Assembly: GCF_947487805.1 (NCBI RefSeq)
Contig: NZ_CANKXW010000001.1
Coordinates: forward strand, 935,580-999,579
Reading direction: 5' to 3'
Length of the DNA: 64,000 bases
Source of the DNA: an uncultured Tateyamaria sp.
Lineage (GTDB): Bacteria; Pseudomonadota; Alphaproteobacteria; Rhodobacterales; Rhodobacteraceae
Positions 8,572-17,625 of this stretch are shown piece after piece; the first letter of the stretch is position 1; each line of letters opens with the position of its first letter. Under the pieces are notes generated by a model, which ran no database searches, was not told where the DNA came from, and was given only the letters and a program-made list of their open reading frames with translations. The translations under genes and the position numbers were made by a program.

Positions 8572-9309
8572 TCAGGACCTGCGGCGCAAAAGGTAGGTGT
8601 CCATGATCCAGCCGTGCTCTGCCCGTGCCCGCGCACGGGTCTTGCAGATGCGCGCCGCGACATCACCCAAGCGGCCGGCCTCAAGGATCTGTTCGGGCAT
8701 GCCCAGATAGGCGCCCCACCAAATGTCGTACCCGTCGCCATCCAGGGTCTGGAACGTACAATTCCCGTCCAGCATCACCACCAGCGTCTCGCATCCCGCA
8801 GGCCAGCCTTCATCTGCCAATCGCCGGCCCGTCGATATCGTTACGGGCGCGTTCAAGCCGTTCAAAGGTATGGCATGGGCTGCCGTCAGGGCCTGCACGG
8901 ACGTGATCCCGGCCACCACGCGCAATGCGGGCTGAGGGTTCAGACGTGCGGCAATGCGCAACGTGCTGTCATAAAGCGACGGATCCCCCCAGACGAGCAG
9001 GGCAACGCGGCGCGCCTCCGGGAATTTGGCGATCGTACCCGTCCAGATGCGCGCAATCTCGTCATGCCAGGCATCCACGCGCGCGATATAGGGCAGCGTA
9101 TCATCCCGTACCGGCATGTCGAACAGGGCCACGGTCGCATCTGGGCGCACCTGCGCAATAATCTGCGTACGCAGATCGGCCAGATCGGACTTGCCCGGCC
9201 CCTTATGCGGCACAAGGAACAGGTCGGCTTCGGCCATCGCGCGCCGCGCCTCTCCGGTCAGATGATCGGGATTGCCCGTGCCGATGCCAATGAGGGAAAG
9301 TTGGATCAT
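8572..9309 (-). CDS. cobF: precorrin-6A synthase (deacetylating) CobF
   Basis: ORF 8572..9465(-). The start is set at ATG 9309 (MIQLSLIGIGTGNPDHLT...), with the tetrapyrrole-methylase fold motifs GIGTGNP and VWGDPSLYDS. Confidence 0.88.
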   Translation of the reverse strand: MIQLSLIGIGTGNPDHLTGEARRAMAEADLFLVPHKGPGKSDLADLRTQIIAQVRPDATVALFDMPVRDDTLPYIARVDAWHDEIARIWTGTIAKFPEARRVALLVWGDPSLYDSTLRIAARLNPQPALRVVAGITSVQALTAAHAIPLNGLNAPVTISTGRRLADEGWPAGCETLVVMLDGNCTFQTLDGDGYDIWWGAYLGMPEQILEAGRLGDVAARICKTRARARAEHGWIMDTYLLRRRS

Positions 9310-9314
9310 GTCGC

Positions 9315-9340
9315 AAAAAAGGGCCGCGCTGGGCGGCCCT
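9315..9340 (-). terminator. intrinsic terminator-like hairpin plus T6 between the riboswitch-controlled transporter and cobF
   Basis: The minus strand reads AGGGCCGC-CCAGC-GCGGCCCT-TTTTT (perfect 8-bp stem). The T-run ends 5 nt before the cobF ATG. Confidence 0.6.
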
Positions 9341-9364
9341 TCCTCTGATGAATCTGTGTGAGCC

Positions 9365-10042
9365 TCAGGCCGCGTTGAACAGACGAGGCGTGAACACGCC
9401 CGCCGCCTTGGCACCGCGCAGACCCTTTGCCGCGGCCAGTACCGCCAGATCCGCAACGGGTTCAATCACGATCACCAGCGCATAGGCCGCGCCAAAAGCC
9501 AGAACCGACTGGATGTTCTCGGCACCGAAACCCTGACCGTAGATTGCCCAGAACGCCACCCAGGCGATCACGCCGCCCTGATAGACGGCGGACATCTTCA
9601 GCACCTGCGCGTAATCCAGATCCACATAGGCGCGCGCCTCGGGTACGATCTTCCTGGCCAGCGCGTTCAACACGAACAGCGGCACCAGAAGGGTGGTCAT
9701 GTTCACCGCAAACATCGGCAGATCGGTCGGCGCAAAGAGCAATCCCTGGATCAGCAAACCCATGGTCAGCCCCGCAGCCGCTGCACCGGCGCCCAGCAAC
9801 AGGAACAACGTTGTCGCAAGAATGAAATGCACCTCGGAGATGCCGGCTGAGAAATGCGGCAGGACCTCGAAAAAGGCGAACGTGCCGACCGTGGCCAGAC
9901 CCGCACGGATCGCAAAAGCGGGAATGTTGGCGAATTTCAGGTCATTGGCGGCCAGTTTCAGCGAATAACCCGCCGCAGCAGCAGCGGTTCCATAGGCGAA
10001 AACCATCTTTGCGCCGTCCACGACGCCCGGTTCGATATGCAT
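9365..10042 (-). CDS. CbiM/NikM-like polytopic membrane protein (probable cobalt uptake component), riboswitch-controlled
   Basis: A 225-aa, very hydrophobic ORF whose N-terminus MHIEPGVV... resembles the Met-His N-terminus of CbiM-type substrate components. It is the first gene after a cobalamin riboswitch, with GAGGAGAG upstream of the ATG. Confidence 0.65.
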   Translation of the reverse strand: MHIEPGVVDGAKMVFAYGTAAAAAGYSLKLAANDLKFANIPAFAIRAGLATVGTFAFFEVLPHFSAGISEVHFILATTLFLLLGAGAAAAGLTMGLLIQGLLFAPTDLPMFAVNMTTLLVPLFVLNALARKIVPEARAYVDLDYAQVLKMSAVYQGGVIAWVAFWAIYGQGFGAENIQSVLAFGAAYALVIVIEPVADLAVLAAAKGLRGAKAAGVFTPRLFNAA

Positions 10043-10083
10043 GTCTGTCTCTCCTCACCACCACCCCGGCGGCATTAGTGGCC

Positions 10084-10262
10084 GGTGCCCCGGCATGTTT
10101 CGTTCCCGATGGCAGGTCTCCTGACTGCCGGGTCGCTGCGGGGCCGGACCTTCCCAGCGCAGATGCGCCAGTGGTACATGCCGGGCCGCTCGCCGGTCAC
10201 AGTTGCGGGGGCAGTCCGGGACTTTCACCCGGTTCCCTTTTAAACCCCCTCGCGGGGGCACC
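10084..10262 (-). promoter_or_regulatory. cobalamin (B12) riboswitch
   Basis: The minus strand reads GGTGCCCC...AAAAGGGAACCGGGTGAAAGTCCCGGACTGCCCCCGCAACTGT...GGCAGTCAGGAGACCTGCC...GGGGCACC. The conserved core and the B12 box (AGTCAGGAGACCTGCC, plus-strand 10111-10129) are present, as are the closing P1 halves. Confidence 0.9.
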
Positions 10263-10412
10263 ATCACGGGCCACGTTTACATTGATTCCATATCCGAACA
10301 AGCCCGGATGCGGCATTTGACGGCGCGGAATGGCCACCGTTGCCATGCATATTTGCAGAACAATGAAGGGGTCGGCAGTGCGCTTGGCTTCATTGTTCCA
10401 AAAATATGCAAC

Positions 10413-11132
10413 TCAGCCGTCGGCCAATGCGCCATACAGGATCAATGCAGGCGCATCGCTGACGGCATCCCGAAGCCGCGCGGCCAGGCTGGACACCGTC
10501 AGCCTGTGCAGGGCCTGAGCCTCCGTAGACACGCCTTCGGCCAAAAGCGCGGGCGTGTCGGCAGGCAGCCCGGCGGCGATCAGCATGGTCGCCAGCGCAG
10601 GAAATGTGCGCTGGCCCATGAAAACGACGGTGGTTGCGTTCGGATCCGCAAGGGCCGTCATGTTCAGATCTTCGGGCAGCGCGCCACGCACATCGTGGCC
10701 GGTGATGAATTGCACCCGCCGCGCGGTCAGCCGTCGGGTCAGGGGGATGCCTGCCGCTGCCGCTGCCGCGCAGGCCGACGGCACACCGGGGATGATCTCG
10801 TACCCGATCCCAGCGGCCTTGAGCGCGTCGGTTTCCTCTTCCAGACGTCCGAACGTGCCGCCATCGCCGGATTTCAGGCGCACGATCCGCTGGCCTTCCT
10901 GCGCGTAGTCGACAAGCAACTGGCTGACATGGTGCTGCTTGGGCGACGGGCGGCCCGCCCGTTTGCCCACCCCCACCAGATCGGCCCCGGCGCGTGCGTG
11001 GCTCAGGATTGGCCCCGCGCTCAGGTCATCAAACAGCACAGCATCCGCCCGTTTCAACCGGTCCACCGCCTTCAGCGTCAGCAACTCGGGATCGCCGGGA
11101 CCTGATCCTACAAAGCTCACGAAACCGGTCAT
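10413..11132 (-). CDS. cobA: uroporphyrinogen-III C-methyltransferase (SUMT) CobA
   Basis: ORF 10413..11462(-). The start is ATG 11132 ([22 protein letters not shown]...), in an ATGA overlap with the cobB stop. Confidence 0.9.
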   Translation of the reverse strand: MTGFVSFVGSGPGDPELLTLKAVDRLKRADAVLFDDLSAGPILSHARAGADLVGVGKRAGRPSPKQHHVSQLLVDYAQEGQRIVRLKSGDGGTFGRLEEETDALKAAGIGYEIIPGVPSACAAAAAAGIPLTRRLTARRVQFITGHDVRGALPEDLNMTALADPNATTVVFMGQRTFPALATMLIAAGLPADTPALLAEGVSTEAQALHRLTVSSLAARLRDAVSDAPALILYGALADG

Positions 11133-12454
11133 GATGCCTCTCCGGTTATGAGGTGAAAGAACGTGCCAGTCACATTGCCACGCCACGACCCGCTTTGGGC
11201 GGCTGGATTGCCATCGGCATCGAACACCTGCGCCAGCGGCGCGTCCGGCTGGTCGAGGATCGAGGAATAGTGGAATTCGTGTCCCCGCAGGGCCGCGCCC
11301 GCGGCATAGCCGGGGATCGGGTGGGACAGTACCGCCCGTCTGTAGCCAAGGTTGAACTTGCGCTTTTCGTATGAGGTTTCGAGCCCCAGCAGCCCGGCCA
11401 TCTCGTGGCGCACCCCGTCCTTGTCCGTCAGGCTTGCCCCAAGCGCCATGTAACCGCCGCACTCGCCGTGCACGGGCCTGGTTTCGGCATGGGTGCGCAG
11501 GCCGTCTTTGAAGGTTGTGGCGGCAGCCAGGGTGCCAGCGTGCAGTTCCGGGTAGCCGCCGGGCAACCAGACCAGATCGGCATCCGGCGCAGGCGCCTCA
11601 TCCGCCAGCGGAGAAAAGTGCAGGATCTCCGCCCCAGCATCGCGCCAGCCGGTCACAAGATGCGGATAGGTAAAGGAAAACGCCGCATCCCGCGCCAGTG
11701 CGATCCGCTGTGCAGGCGGCGGGGGCAGGGGGTGGGACGCGCGGGGCGCTCCGGCCAGTGCCGCAGCGCGGATGGCGTCCAGATCGACATTGTCGCGCAG
11801 GAACTCGGCATAGCCTGCAATCGCGGCCTCGAGGTCGGGATGTTCCACCGCCTGAATGAGGCCCAGATGCCGCTCGGGCAATTTCAGATCGCCGCGCCGG
11901 GGCAGGCAGCCGAGCACGGGTATGCCCGCCTGCTCCATCCCGACGCGCGTCAGCCGTTCGTGACGGGGGCTCGCCACGCGGTTCAGGATCACACCGGCAA
12001 AGGGCAGATCGGGATTGTAGCTCTTGAACCCCAGTGCCGTCGCTGCCGCCGATTGCGCCTGTCCGCCCACGTCGATGACCAGCACCACCGGCCAGCCCAT
12101 GGCGAGCGCGGTTTCCGCGCTGGAACCGAACCCCGACTGCCCGCGTGTCGCGACCCCGTCAAAGAGGCCCATGGACCCTTCGGCCACGCAGATGTCCGCG
12201 CCCGCGCGCTGCGCCGCGATCCCGTCCAGCAGGCCCGCGTCCATCGCCCATGTATCAAAGTTGAACGATGCCCGCCCCGCGGCCGCGAGGTGAAAGGCGG
12301 GGTCGATATAGTCCGGCCCGCTTTTGTAGGGTTGAACCACCAGCCCGTCATCGCGCAGCGCGCGCAGAAGGCCCAGCATCACGGTTGTCTTGCCCGTGCC
12401 CGACGCGGGCGCCGAGATCATCAGGCCGGGCGGGTTGCCTCGCGGATCAGTCAT
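11129..12454 (-). CDS. cobB: hydrogenobyrinate/cobyrinate a,c-diamide synthase CobB
   Basis: A 441-aa ORF with ...[13 protein letters not shown]... (P-loop) and a C-terminal glutamine amidotransferase region ...GECGGYM... Confidence 0.93.
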   Translation of the reverse strand: MTDPRGNPPGLMISAPASGTGKTTVMLGLLRALRDDGLVVQPYKSGPDYIDPAFHLAAAGRASFNFDTWAMDAGLLDGIAAQRAGADICVAEGSMGLFDGVATRGQSGFGSSAETALAMGWPVVLVIDVGGQAQSAAATALGFKSYNPDLPFAGVILNRVASPRHERLTRVGMEQAGIPVLGCLPRRGDLKLPERHLGLIQAVEHPDLEAAIAGYAEFLRDNVDLDAIRAAALAGAPRASHPLPPPPAQRIALARDAAFSFTYPHLVTGWRDAGAEILHFSPLADEAPAPDADLVWLPGGYPELHAGTLAAATTFKDGLRTHAETRPVHGECGGYMALGASLTDKDGVRHEMAGLLGLETSYEKRKFNLGYRRAVLSHPIPGYAAGAALRGHEFHYSSILDQPDAPLAQVFDADGNPAAQSGSWRGNVTGTFFHLITGEAS

Positions 12455-13241
12455 CGCCGTGGCTCCAGCTGGCCCATGGGCTGTCGGCGCTCATGGGGCG
12501 GTACCGGCGGTCATAGTCCGGCGCGTAGAGGCAGCTTTCGTCGAACCCTTCGGCCCCCAGCACACGCCCCACGAGGATCAGCGCCGTGCGGCTGATCCCT
12601 GCGTCCATCGCGTCCCGCAAGGTGTCCAGCGTGGCGTGGATGATCTGTTGATCGGGCCAGCTGGCCCGGTAGACGACCGCGACGGGGCAGTCTGCGCCAT
12701 AGGCCGGGGTCAGATCCGCGACCACCTGATCCAGATTGCCGATCGACAGGTGGATGGCCAGCGTCGCACCGGTTGCTGCGAAATTGGTCAGCGTTTCGCC
12801 CGACGGCATGGAGGACGCCCGCCCCGGCGTGCGGGTCAGCACCACGGATTGTGCAATACCGGGCAGGGTCAGCTCGGCGCCCAGTGCGGCGGCCGCCGCA
12901 CTGAAGGACGGCACACCCGGTGTCACGGTAAAGCCGATGCCCGCGGCCTTGAGCCTGCGCAACTGTTCGCCCATCGCGGACCACACCGACAGATCACCGG
13001 AATGCAGGCGGGCAACGTCCTGTCCCTTGGCCTCGGCGGCCGCGATTTCGGCCATGATGTCGTCAAGGTCCATGGCGGCGGTGTTCACGACCCGCGCATC
13101 CGGCGGGCAGTGGCCGAGGATCGCCTCGGGCACCAGCGATCCGGCATAAAGGCACACAGGGCAGGCGGCGATCAGGTCGCGGCCCCGCAGGGTCAGCAGG
13201 TCAGGCGCGCCGGGGCCTGCGCCGATAAAATGAACGGTCAT
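12447..13241 (-). CDS. cobM: precorrin-4 C11-methyltransferase CobM
   Basis: [20 protein letters not shown]...LHSGDLSVW... is the tetrapyrrole-methylase signature. It overlaps cobB by 8 nt. Confidence 0.93.
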   Translation of the reverse strand: MTVHFIGAGPGAPDLLTLRGRDLIAACPVCLYAGSLVPEAILGHCPPDARVVNTAAMDLDDIMAEIAAAEAKGQDVARLHSGDLSVWSAMGEQLRRLKAAGIGFTVTPGVPSFSAAAAALGAELTLPGIAQSVVLTRTPGRASSMPSGETLTNFAATGATLAIHLSIGNLDQVVADLTPAYGADCPVAVVYRASWPDQQIIHATLDTLRDAMDAGISRTALILVGRVLGAEGFDESCLYAPDYDRRYRPMSADSPWASWSHGDD

Positions 13242-13606
13242 GCGTCTGGTCCTTTGGCGATGGCGCAGGTGGCCATGCGGTCGTTTGATATCTTGCGGGA
13301 AACGATCAGCGTCGCGCCGGGGCCTGCGGCGGCAAGGGCGGCGGCTTCGGCCACCGAGCCTGTGCGCCGCAACAGGCGGCTGATTGCGGATTGGGTTTGG
13401 GTCAGGGCGGCTTGCAGTTTCTTGGGATAGACCGCGTTGATCAGGACGCCCCGCGGCCGTGCGACCCCGGATATGACGTCCGACAGAGCCTTGTCATGCG
13501 GGCAGGCCAGCATGTGGATCGGGCCGTCATAGCCGGTGGCAGCAAGGGCCTGTTCCAGGCTTTCGGTGGTGGCGTGACTGGTAAAGCCAAATCCTGCGAC
13601 AATCAT
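13238..13606 (-). CDS. cobE: cobalamin biosynthesis protein CobE (CbiG C-terminal-domain-like)
   Basis: The start is set at ATG 13606 ([10 protein letters not shown]...), with ATGA overlaps to the cobL stop and the cobM start. It holds the small-protein position between cobL and cobM seen in aerobic cob operons. Confidence 0.75.
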   Translation of the reverse strand: MIVAGFGFTSHATTESLEQALAATGYDGPIHMLACPHDKALSDVISGVARPRGVLINAVYPKKLQAALTQTQSAISRLLRRTGSVAEAAALAAAGPGATLIVSRKISNDRMATCAIAKGPDA

Positions 13607-14793
13607 GGTGTGATGCTCCATTGTACAACCGGGTAGGCCGAGGTCCATCCGCGTTTGGGACCCAAAGGCGCGGTCGAGGACAATGCGATGCGCATCAGAT
13701 CCCCTCCGAGACGGGCGTGCCAGTGCGCCAGCAGTGCCTCGCCTTCGAGCGTCACGGCATTGACTACGAGGCGCGCGGGCAGGGCGGTCACAGCCTCGAG
13801 AACCGCGTCCGACAATCCACCCCCGACAAAGATCGCGTTGGCAGGTTCCAACCCCGTCAGCGCATCGGGTGCTGATCCGTGCACCACACTCAGACGATGC
13901 GCCATCCCAAGGGCATCTGCATTCTGCCGAATCCGCGCCACCCGGTCCGCACGTGGTTCAATGGTCGTGGCGCGGGTTGTGGGATGGGCCAGCAGCCATT
14001 CCAGCGCGATTGAGCCGGACCCGCCCCCGATGTCCCACAGGTGTTCGTGGGGCTTGGGCGCGAGGGTCGACAGGGTGATCGCCCGCACGGGTCGTTTGGT
14101 GATCTGCCCGTCACTGTCAAAGGCATCGTCGCGTTGCCCGGTGGCGACGCTCAGCACAGCGCCCTGACCGGCCACGTCAATCGCCACGCAAACCGGATGG
14201 GCAAAGGCGCCACCGACAGTGTGAGCCGTCGCGCGGGTGATCCGTTCCTGCGGTCCGCCAAGATGTTCCAGCACATGCAGCGCGCTGTCGCCAAATCCCT
14301 GTTCGGTCAGGTAGGCGGCGAGTGCGGGCACGGCATCGCCGTCCCTGAGTGTCGCGATGATCTGCACGCCGGGGGCAAGGTGGCGTTTCAGGCGCGCCAT
14401 CGGGGCCGCGTGCAGGCCCAGACAGACCGTGCGTTCCAGCGCCCAGCCAAGGCGCGCTGCCACAAGGCCAAAGCAGGAAGCCCCCGGATGCGCTGTCCAT
14501 TCCTGTGCGCTGTAGCGTCGGGCCAGAACCGCACCTGCGCCAAACCAGAACGGATCGCCTGAGGCCAGCACCACAACGCGGCGTCCGCGCAGGCTGTCCA
14601 GCACCTCCAGCCCCTCGGCATAGGGCACGGGCCATTCGATACGCTGCGCTGTCCCCGCGGGGACACGCGCCAGATGGCGGGGCGGGGCCATGACGATCTG
14701 GGCTGCGTCCAGTGCCGCTTGACTTGCCGCGCCGAGACCGGCAACCCCGTCCTCGCCGATGCCGATGATGGTCAACCACGGAAGGTCAGACAT
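13603..14793 (-). CDS. cobL: precorrin-6Y C5,15-methyltransferase (decarboxylating) CobL
   Basis: ORF 13603..15141(-). The start is at ATG 14793 (MSDLPWLTIIGIGEDG...), with AGGAGG 9 nt upstream. It has an N-terminal CbiE-like domain and a C-terminal CbiT-like domain (...WDIGGGSGSIALEW...). Confidence 0.9.
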   Translation of the reverse strand: MSDLPWLTIIGIGEDGVAGLGAASQAALDAAQIVMAPPRHLARVPAGTAQRIEWPVPYAEGLEVLDSLRGRRVVVLASGDPFWFGAGAVLARRYSAQEWTAHPGASCFGLVAARLGWALERTVCLGLHAAPMARLKRHLAPGVQIIATLRDGDAVPALAAYLTEQGFGDSALHVLEHLGGPQERITRATAHTVGGAFAHPVCVAIDVAGQGAVLSVATGQRDDAFDSDGQITKRPVRAITLSTLAPKPHEHLWDIGGGSGSIALEWLLAHPTTRATTIEPRADRVARIRQNADALGMAHRLSVVHGSAPDALTGLEPANAIFVGGGLSDAVLEAVTALPARLVVNAVTLEGEALLAHWHARLGGDLMRIALSSTAPLGPKRGWTSAYPVVQWSITP

Positions 14794-15547
14794 GCGCGCC
14801 AACCTCCTGATCCTCGGGGGCACCACCGAGGCCACCGCCTTTGCCAATGCCGCCGCCGAAAGGGGCCTGACCGGCACGGTCAGCTTTGCCGGGCGCGTGG
14901 ACCGCCCCAAGCGCCAGCCATTGCCGCAACGAATTGGTGGGTTCGGCGGTATCTCGGGCCTCGTGGACCATTTGCAGGCCGAAGGCATTACCCATGTGAT
15001 CGACGCCACGCATCCCTTTGCCGCGCAGATGAGCCGGAATGCCATTGCCGCCTGCGCGCAAGCGGGCGTGCCGCTGATCGCGCTGACCCGTGCCGCGTGG
15101 ACGGCCACGCAGGGCGACGACTGGACCCATGTGCCCGACATCGCCGGGGCCGTCGCAGCCCTTGATCAACCGGCGCAGCGCGTGATGCTTGCCGTGGGGC
15201 GCATGCATCTTGATGACTTTGCACCCAATCCGCAGCATTTCTATCTGCTGCGCCTTGTCGATCCGCCCAAGGATCCGCCGCCCTTTCCCGATCACCACGT
15301 GCTGGTGTCGCGAGGCCCGTTCACCGCCGCCGATGATGCCATGTTGATGCAAAAGCACCGGATTGATCTGGTTGTGTCCAAGAACGCAGGCGGCACCGGG
15401 GCCTATGCCAAGATCACCGCCGCGCGCGCGCTGGGCCTGCCCGTGCTGATGATCGACCGACCCGACATCCCCGCGCGGGCCGAGGCCAACAGCGTGGCCG
15501 AGGTGATGGCGTGGCTGGATCATGCGGGCGTCGACCGTGGCGTATAG
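14792..15547 (+). CDS. cobK: precorrin-6A reductase CobK
   Basis: ORF 14759..15547(+). The likely start is ATG 14792 (MRANLLILGGTTEA...), with GGAAGG 6 nt upstream. The CobK motifs ...ATHPFA... and ...SKNAGG... are present. It is the only plus-strand gene in this part of the cluster. Confidence 0.88.
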   Translation: MRANLLILGGTTEATAFANAAAERGLTGTVSFAGRVDRPKRQPLPQRIGGFGGISGLVDHLQAEGITHVIDATHPFAAQMSRNAIAACAQAGVPLIALTRAAWTATQGDDWTHVPDIAGAVAALDQPAQRVMLAVGRMHLDDFAPNPQHFYLLRLVDPPKDPPPFPDHHVLVSRGPFTAADDAMLMQKHRIDLVVSKNAGGTGAYAKITAARALGLPVLMIDRPDIPARAEANSVAEVMAWLDHAGVDRGV

Positions 15548-16272
15548 ACGATGGGCGCGCCGTCGCGGGGGATGATGCGGGTCCGCGAGGAACCGACAAT
15601 GACCATCGTGCGCATGTCGGCCATGTCCGGCGTCGTCTGCGACAGCGGCACGATGCGGATCTCTTCGTCCGGGCGGGTCACGTTGCGGGCAAAGATCACA
15701 GGACGGTCATCGCCGCAGGCGTCCTTGAGCACTTTGAGCGTGCGCACGAACCCCTCGGGGCGGGATTTGGACCGGGGGTTGTAAAACGCCATGGCAAAGT
15801 CGCCCTCGGCGGCGAGGCGCAGGCGCTTTTCGATCAGATCCCAGGGTTTCAGGTTGTCGCTGAGGTTGATGGCGCAGAAATCATGCCCCAGCGGCGCCCC
15901 GCAGCGCGCGGAGGCGGCGAGCATGGCCGTGATCCCCGGCAAGACGGAGATATCCAACCCGCGCCAGTGGTCGGGGCCAGCCTCGACCGCCTCGAACACC
16001 GCGGCAGCCATGGCAAACACGCCGGGATCGCCCGAGGACACCACAACGACCTTGCGCCCGTCGCTTGCCATCTCGAGCGCGTGGCGCGACCGGTCGATCT
16101 CCACCCGGTTGTCGCTGGCGTGCAGGGTCAGGCCGGGCCGGTCCGCAATCCGAGCGACATACGGGATATACCCAACGATATCAGTGGCCTGCGTCAGGAT
16201 GTCCGTCACCTCGGGCGTGATGAGCGCATCATCGCCGGGGCCAAGGCCCGCAATGCGCACCCAGCCGGTCAC
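15520..16272 (-). CDS. cobJ: precorrin-3B C17-methyltransferase CobJ
   Basis: ORF 15520..16737(-). The start is at GTG 16272 (VTGWVRIAGLGPGDDALIT...), in a GTGA overlap with the cobI stop. The methylase motif SSGDPGVF is present. Confidence 0.9.
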   Translation of the reverse strand: MTGWVRIAGLGPGDDALITPEVTDILTQATDIVGYIPYVARIADRPGLTLHASDNRVEIDRSRHALEMASDGRKVVVVSSGDPGVFAMAAAVFEAVEAGPDHWRGLDISVLPGITAMLAASARCGAPLGHDFCAINLSDNLKPWDLIEKRLRLAAEGDFAMAFYNPRSKSRPEGFVRTLKVLKDACGDDRPVIFARNVTRPDEEIRIVPLSQTTPDMADMRTMVIVGSSRTRIIPRDGAPIVYTPRSTPA

Positions 16273-16997
16273 GGGCGGCGGCCCTGTCCGTGCACGACGA
16301 TGATCGAGAAATAGGGCGTGACCTTGCCCTCGGCCTCGGCCAGTCTCTGCACGGTCTGGCCCGCCATCGTGGCGTATTCCACCAGATACGCATCGTCGTA
16401 TTTGCCCGCGCGTTTCAGGGCGTCGCGGACCTTGTCGATATTGCGCCCGATCTTCATCACCACCAGCGCGTCGGCCTGTTTCATCCCGCGTACCAGCGTA
16501 TCCGCATCCAGCGTGCCCATCAGCACCGTCAGGATGTCGTCGCCCCACGTGATCGGCGCGCCCGTTGCCGTCCACGCGCCGGACATGCCCGTGATTGCGG
16601 GCACAACCTCGACCGCAACGTCGCCCTGAAGGCGGGTATAGAGGTGCATGAAAGAGCCGTAGAAAAACGGATCGCCCTCGCAGAGCACGATGACGTCTTC
16701 GCCGTCTTGGGCAAGGGCGCGCACGTGGGCGGTGCAATCGGTGTAGAACGCGCTGAGCATTTCGTTATAGCGCGGATCGGTCAGCGGGATTTCCGTGGTG
16801 ATCGGGTATTCCATCGGGAATTCGACCGCGTCCGCGTGCAGCATCCCGTTGACGATCTGCCGCGCCTGCCCTGCGCGCCCGGCCTTGCGAAAGAACGCCA
16901 CGTGACGGGCATTGCGCACCAGCCGGTCTGCCCGCACGCTCAGCAGGTCCTGCGCGCCGGGGCCGAGGCCCACGCCGTATACGGTGCCCGCGCTCAC
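16269..16997 (-). CDS. cobI: precorrin-2 C20-methyltransferase CobI
   Basis: ORF 16269..17258(-). The start is at GTG 16997 (VSAGTVYGVGLGPGAQDLL...), in a GTGA overlap with the cobH stop. The motif CEGDPFFYGS is present. Confidence 0.9.
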   Translation of the reverse strand: MSAGTVYGVGLGPGAQDLLSVRADRLVRNARHVAFFRKAGRAGQARQIVNGMLHADAVEFPMEYPITTEIPLTDPRYNEMLSAFYTDCTAHVRALAQDGEDVIVLCEGDPFFYGSFMHLYTRLQGDVAVEVVPAITGMSGAWTATGAPITWGDDILTVLMGTLDADTLVRGMKQADALVVMKIGRNIDKVRDALKRAGKYDDAYLVEYATMAGQTVQRLAEAEGKVTPYFSIIVVHGQGRRP

Positions 16998-17623
16998 TCC
17001 TTGCGGCTCGCGATGGCGTTGACGGCGGCGACGGTGATCGCACTGCCGCCCAGACGCCCCTGCACGATGCAGCAGGGCACGGGCTGATCGGCCCAGAGCG
17101 CGTCCTTGCTCTCTACCGCGCCGACAAAGCCCACGGGGCAGCCGATGATGGCCGCGGGGCGGGGGCAATCGGGGTCTTCGAGCATGTTGAGCAGGTGGAA
17201 AAGGGCCGTGGGCGCGTTGCCGATGGCCACAACCGCCCCCGCCAGATGCGGGCGCCACAGCTCAAGGGCGGCGGCAGAACGGGTGTTGCCCATCTGTGCG
17301 GCCAGATCGCGCACGCCGTCGTCGTGCAGGGTGCAGATCACGGCATTGTCGGCGGGCATGCGCGGGCGGGTGATGCCCTCGCTGACCATGCGGGCGTCAC
17401 ACAGGATCGGCGCGCCGTTTTCCAGCGCGCTGCGGGCGGCGGCGACGAATCCGGGCGAGAAATGCACGTGCTCTTCCAGCCCCACCATGCCAGCCGCGTG
17501 GATCATCCGCACGGCCACCTGTTCCTCGTCAGGGTCGAACCGGGTCAGGTTCGCCTCGGCCCGGATGGTGGCAAAGGATTGCAGATAGATGGCTGCGCCA
17601 TCGGTTTGGTATTCATAAGGCAT
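16994..17623 (-). CDS. cobH: precorrin-8X methylmutase CobH
   Basis: MPYEYQTDGAAIYLQSFATIRAEANL...VRMIHAAGM...IGNAPTAL... is canonical CobH/CbiC. Confidence 0.95.
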   Translation of the reverse strand: MPYEYQTDGAAIYLQSFATIRAEANLTRFDPDEEQVAVRMIHAAGMVGLEEHVHFSPGFVAAARSALENGAPILCDARMVSEGITRPRMPADNAVICTLHDDGVRDLAAQMGNTRSAAALELWRPHLAGAVVAIGNAPTALFHLLNMLEDPDCPRPAAIIGCPVGFVGAVESKDALWADQPVPCCIVQGRLGGSAITVAAVNAIASRKE

Positions 17624-17625
17624 GG

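Noticed and set aside
13603-15141. Long N-terminal extensions are suggested by the ORF track for cobL. The same applies to cobA, cobF, cobJ, cobI, cobW, cobQ, ruvC, the fsa-like gene and others.
   Set aside because: The extensions are Arg/Pro-rich and overlap the upstream gene. Internal ATG/GTG starts reproduce the canonical family N-termini and give 4-nt ATGA/GTGA overlaps with the preceding stop.
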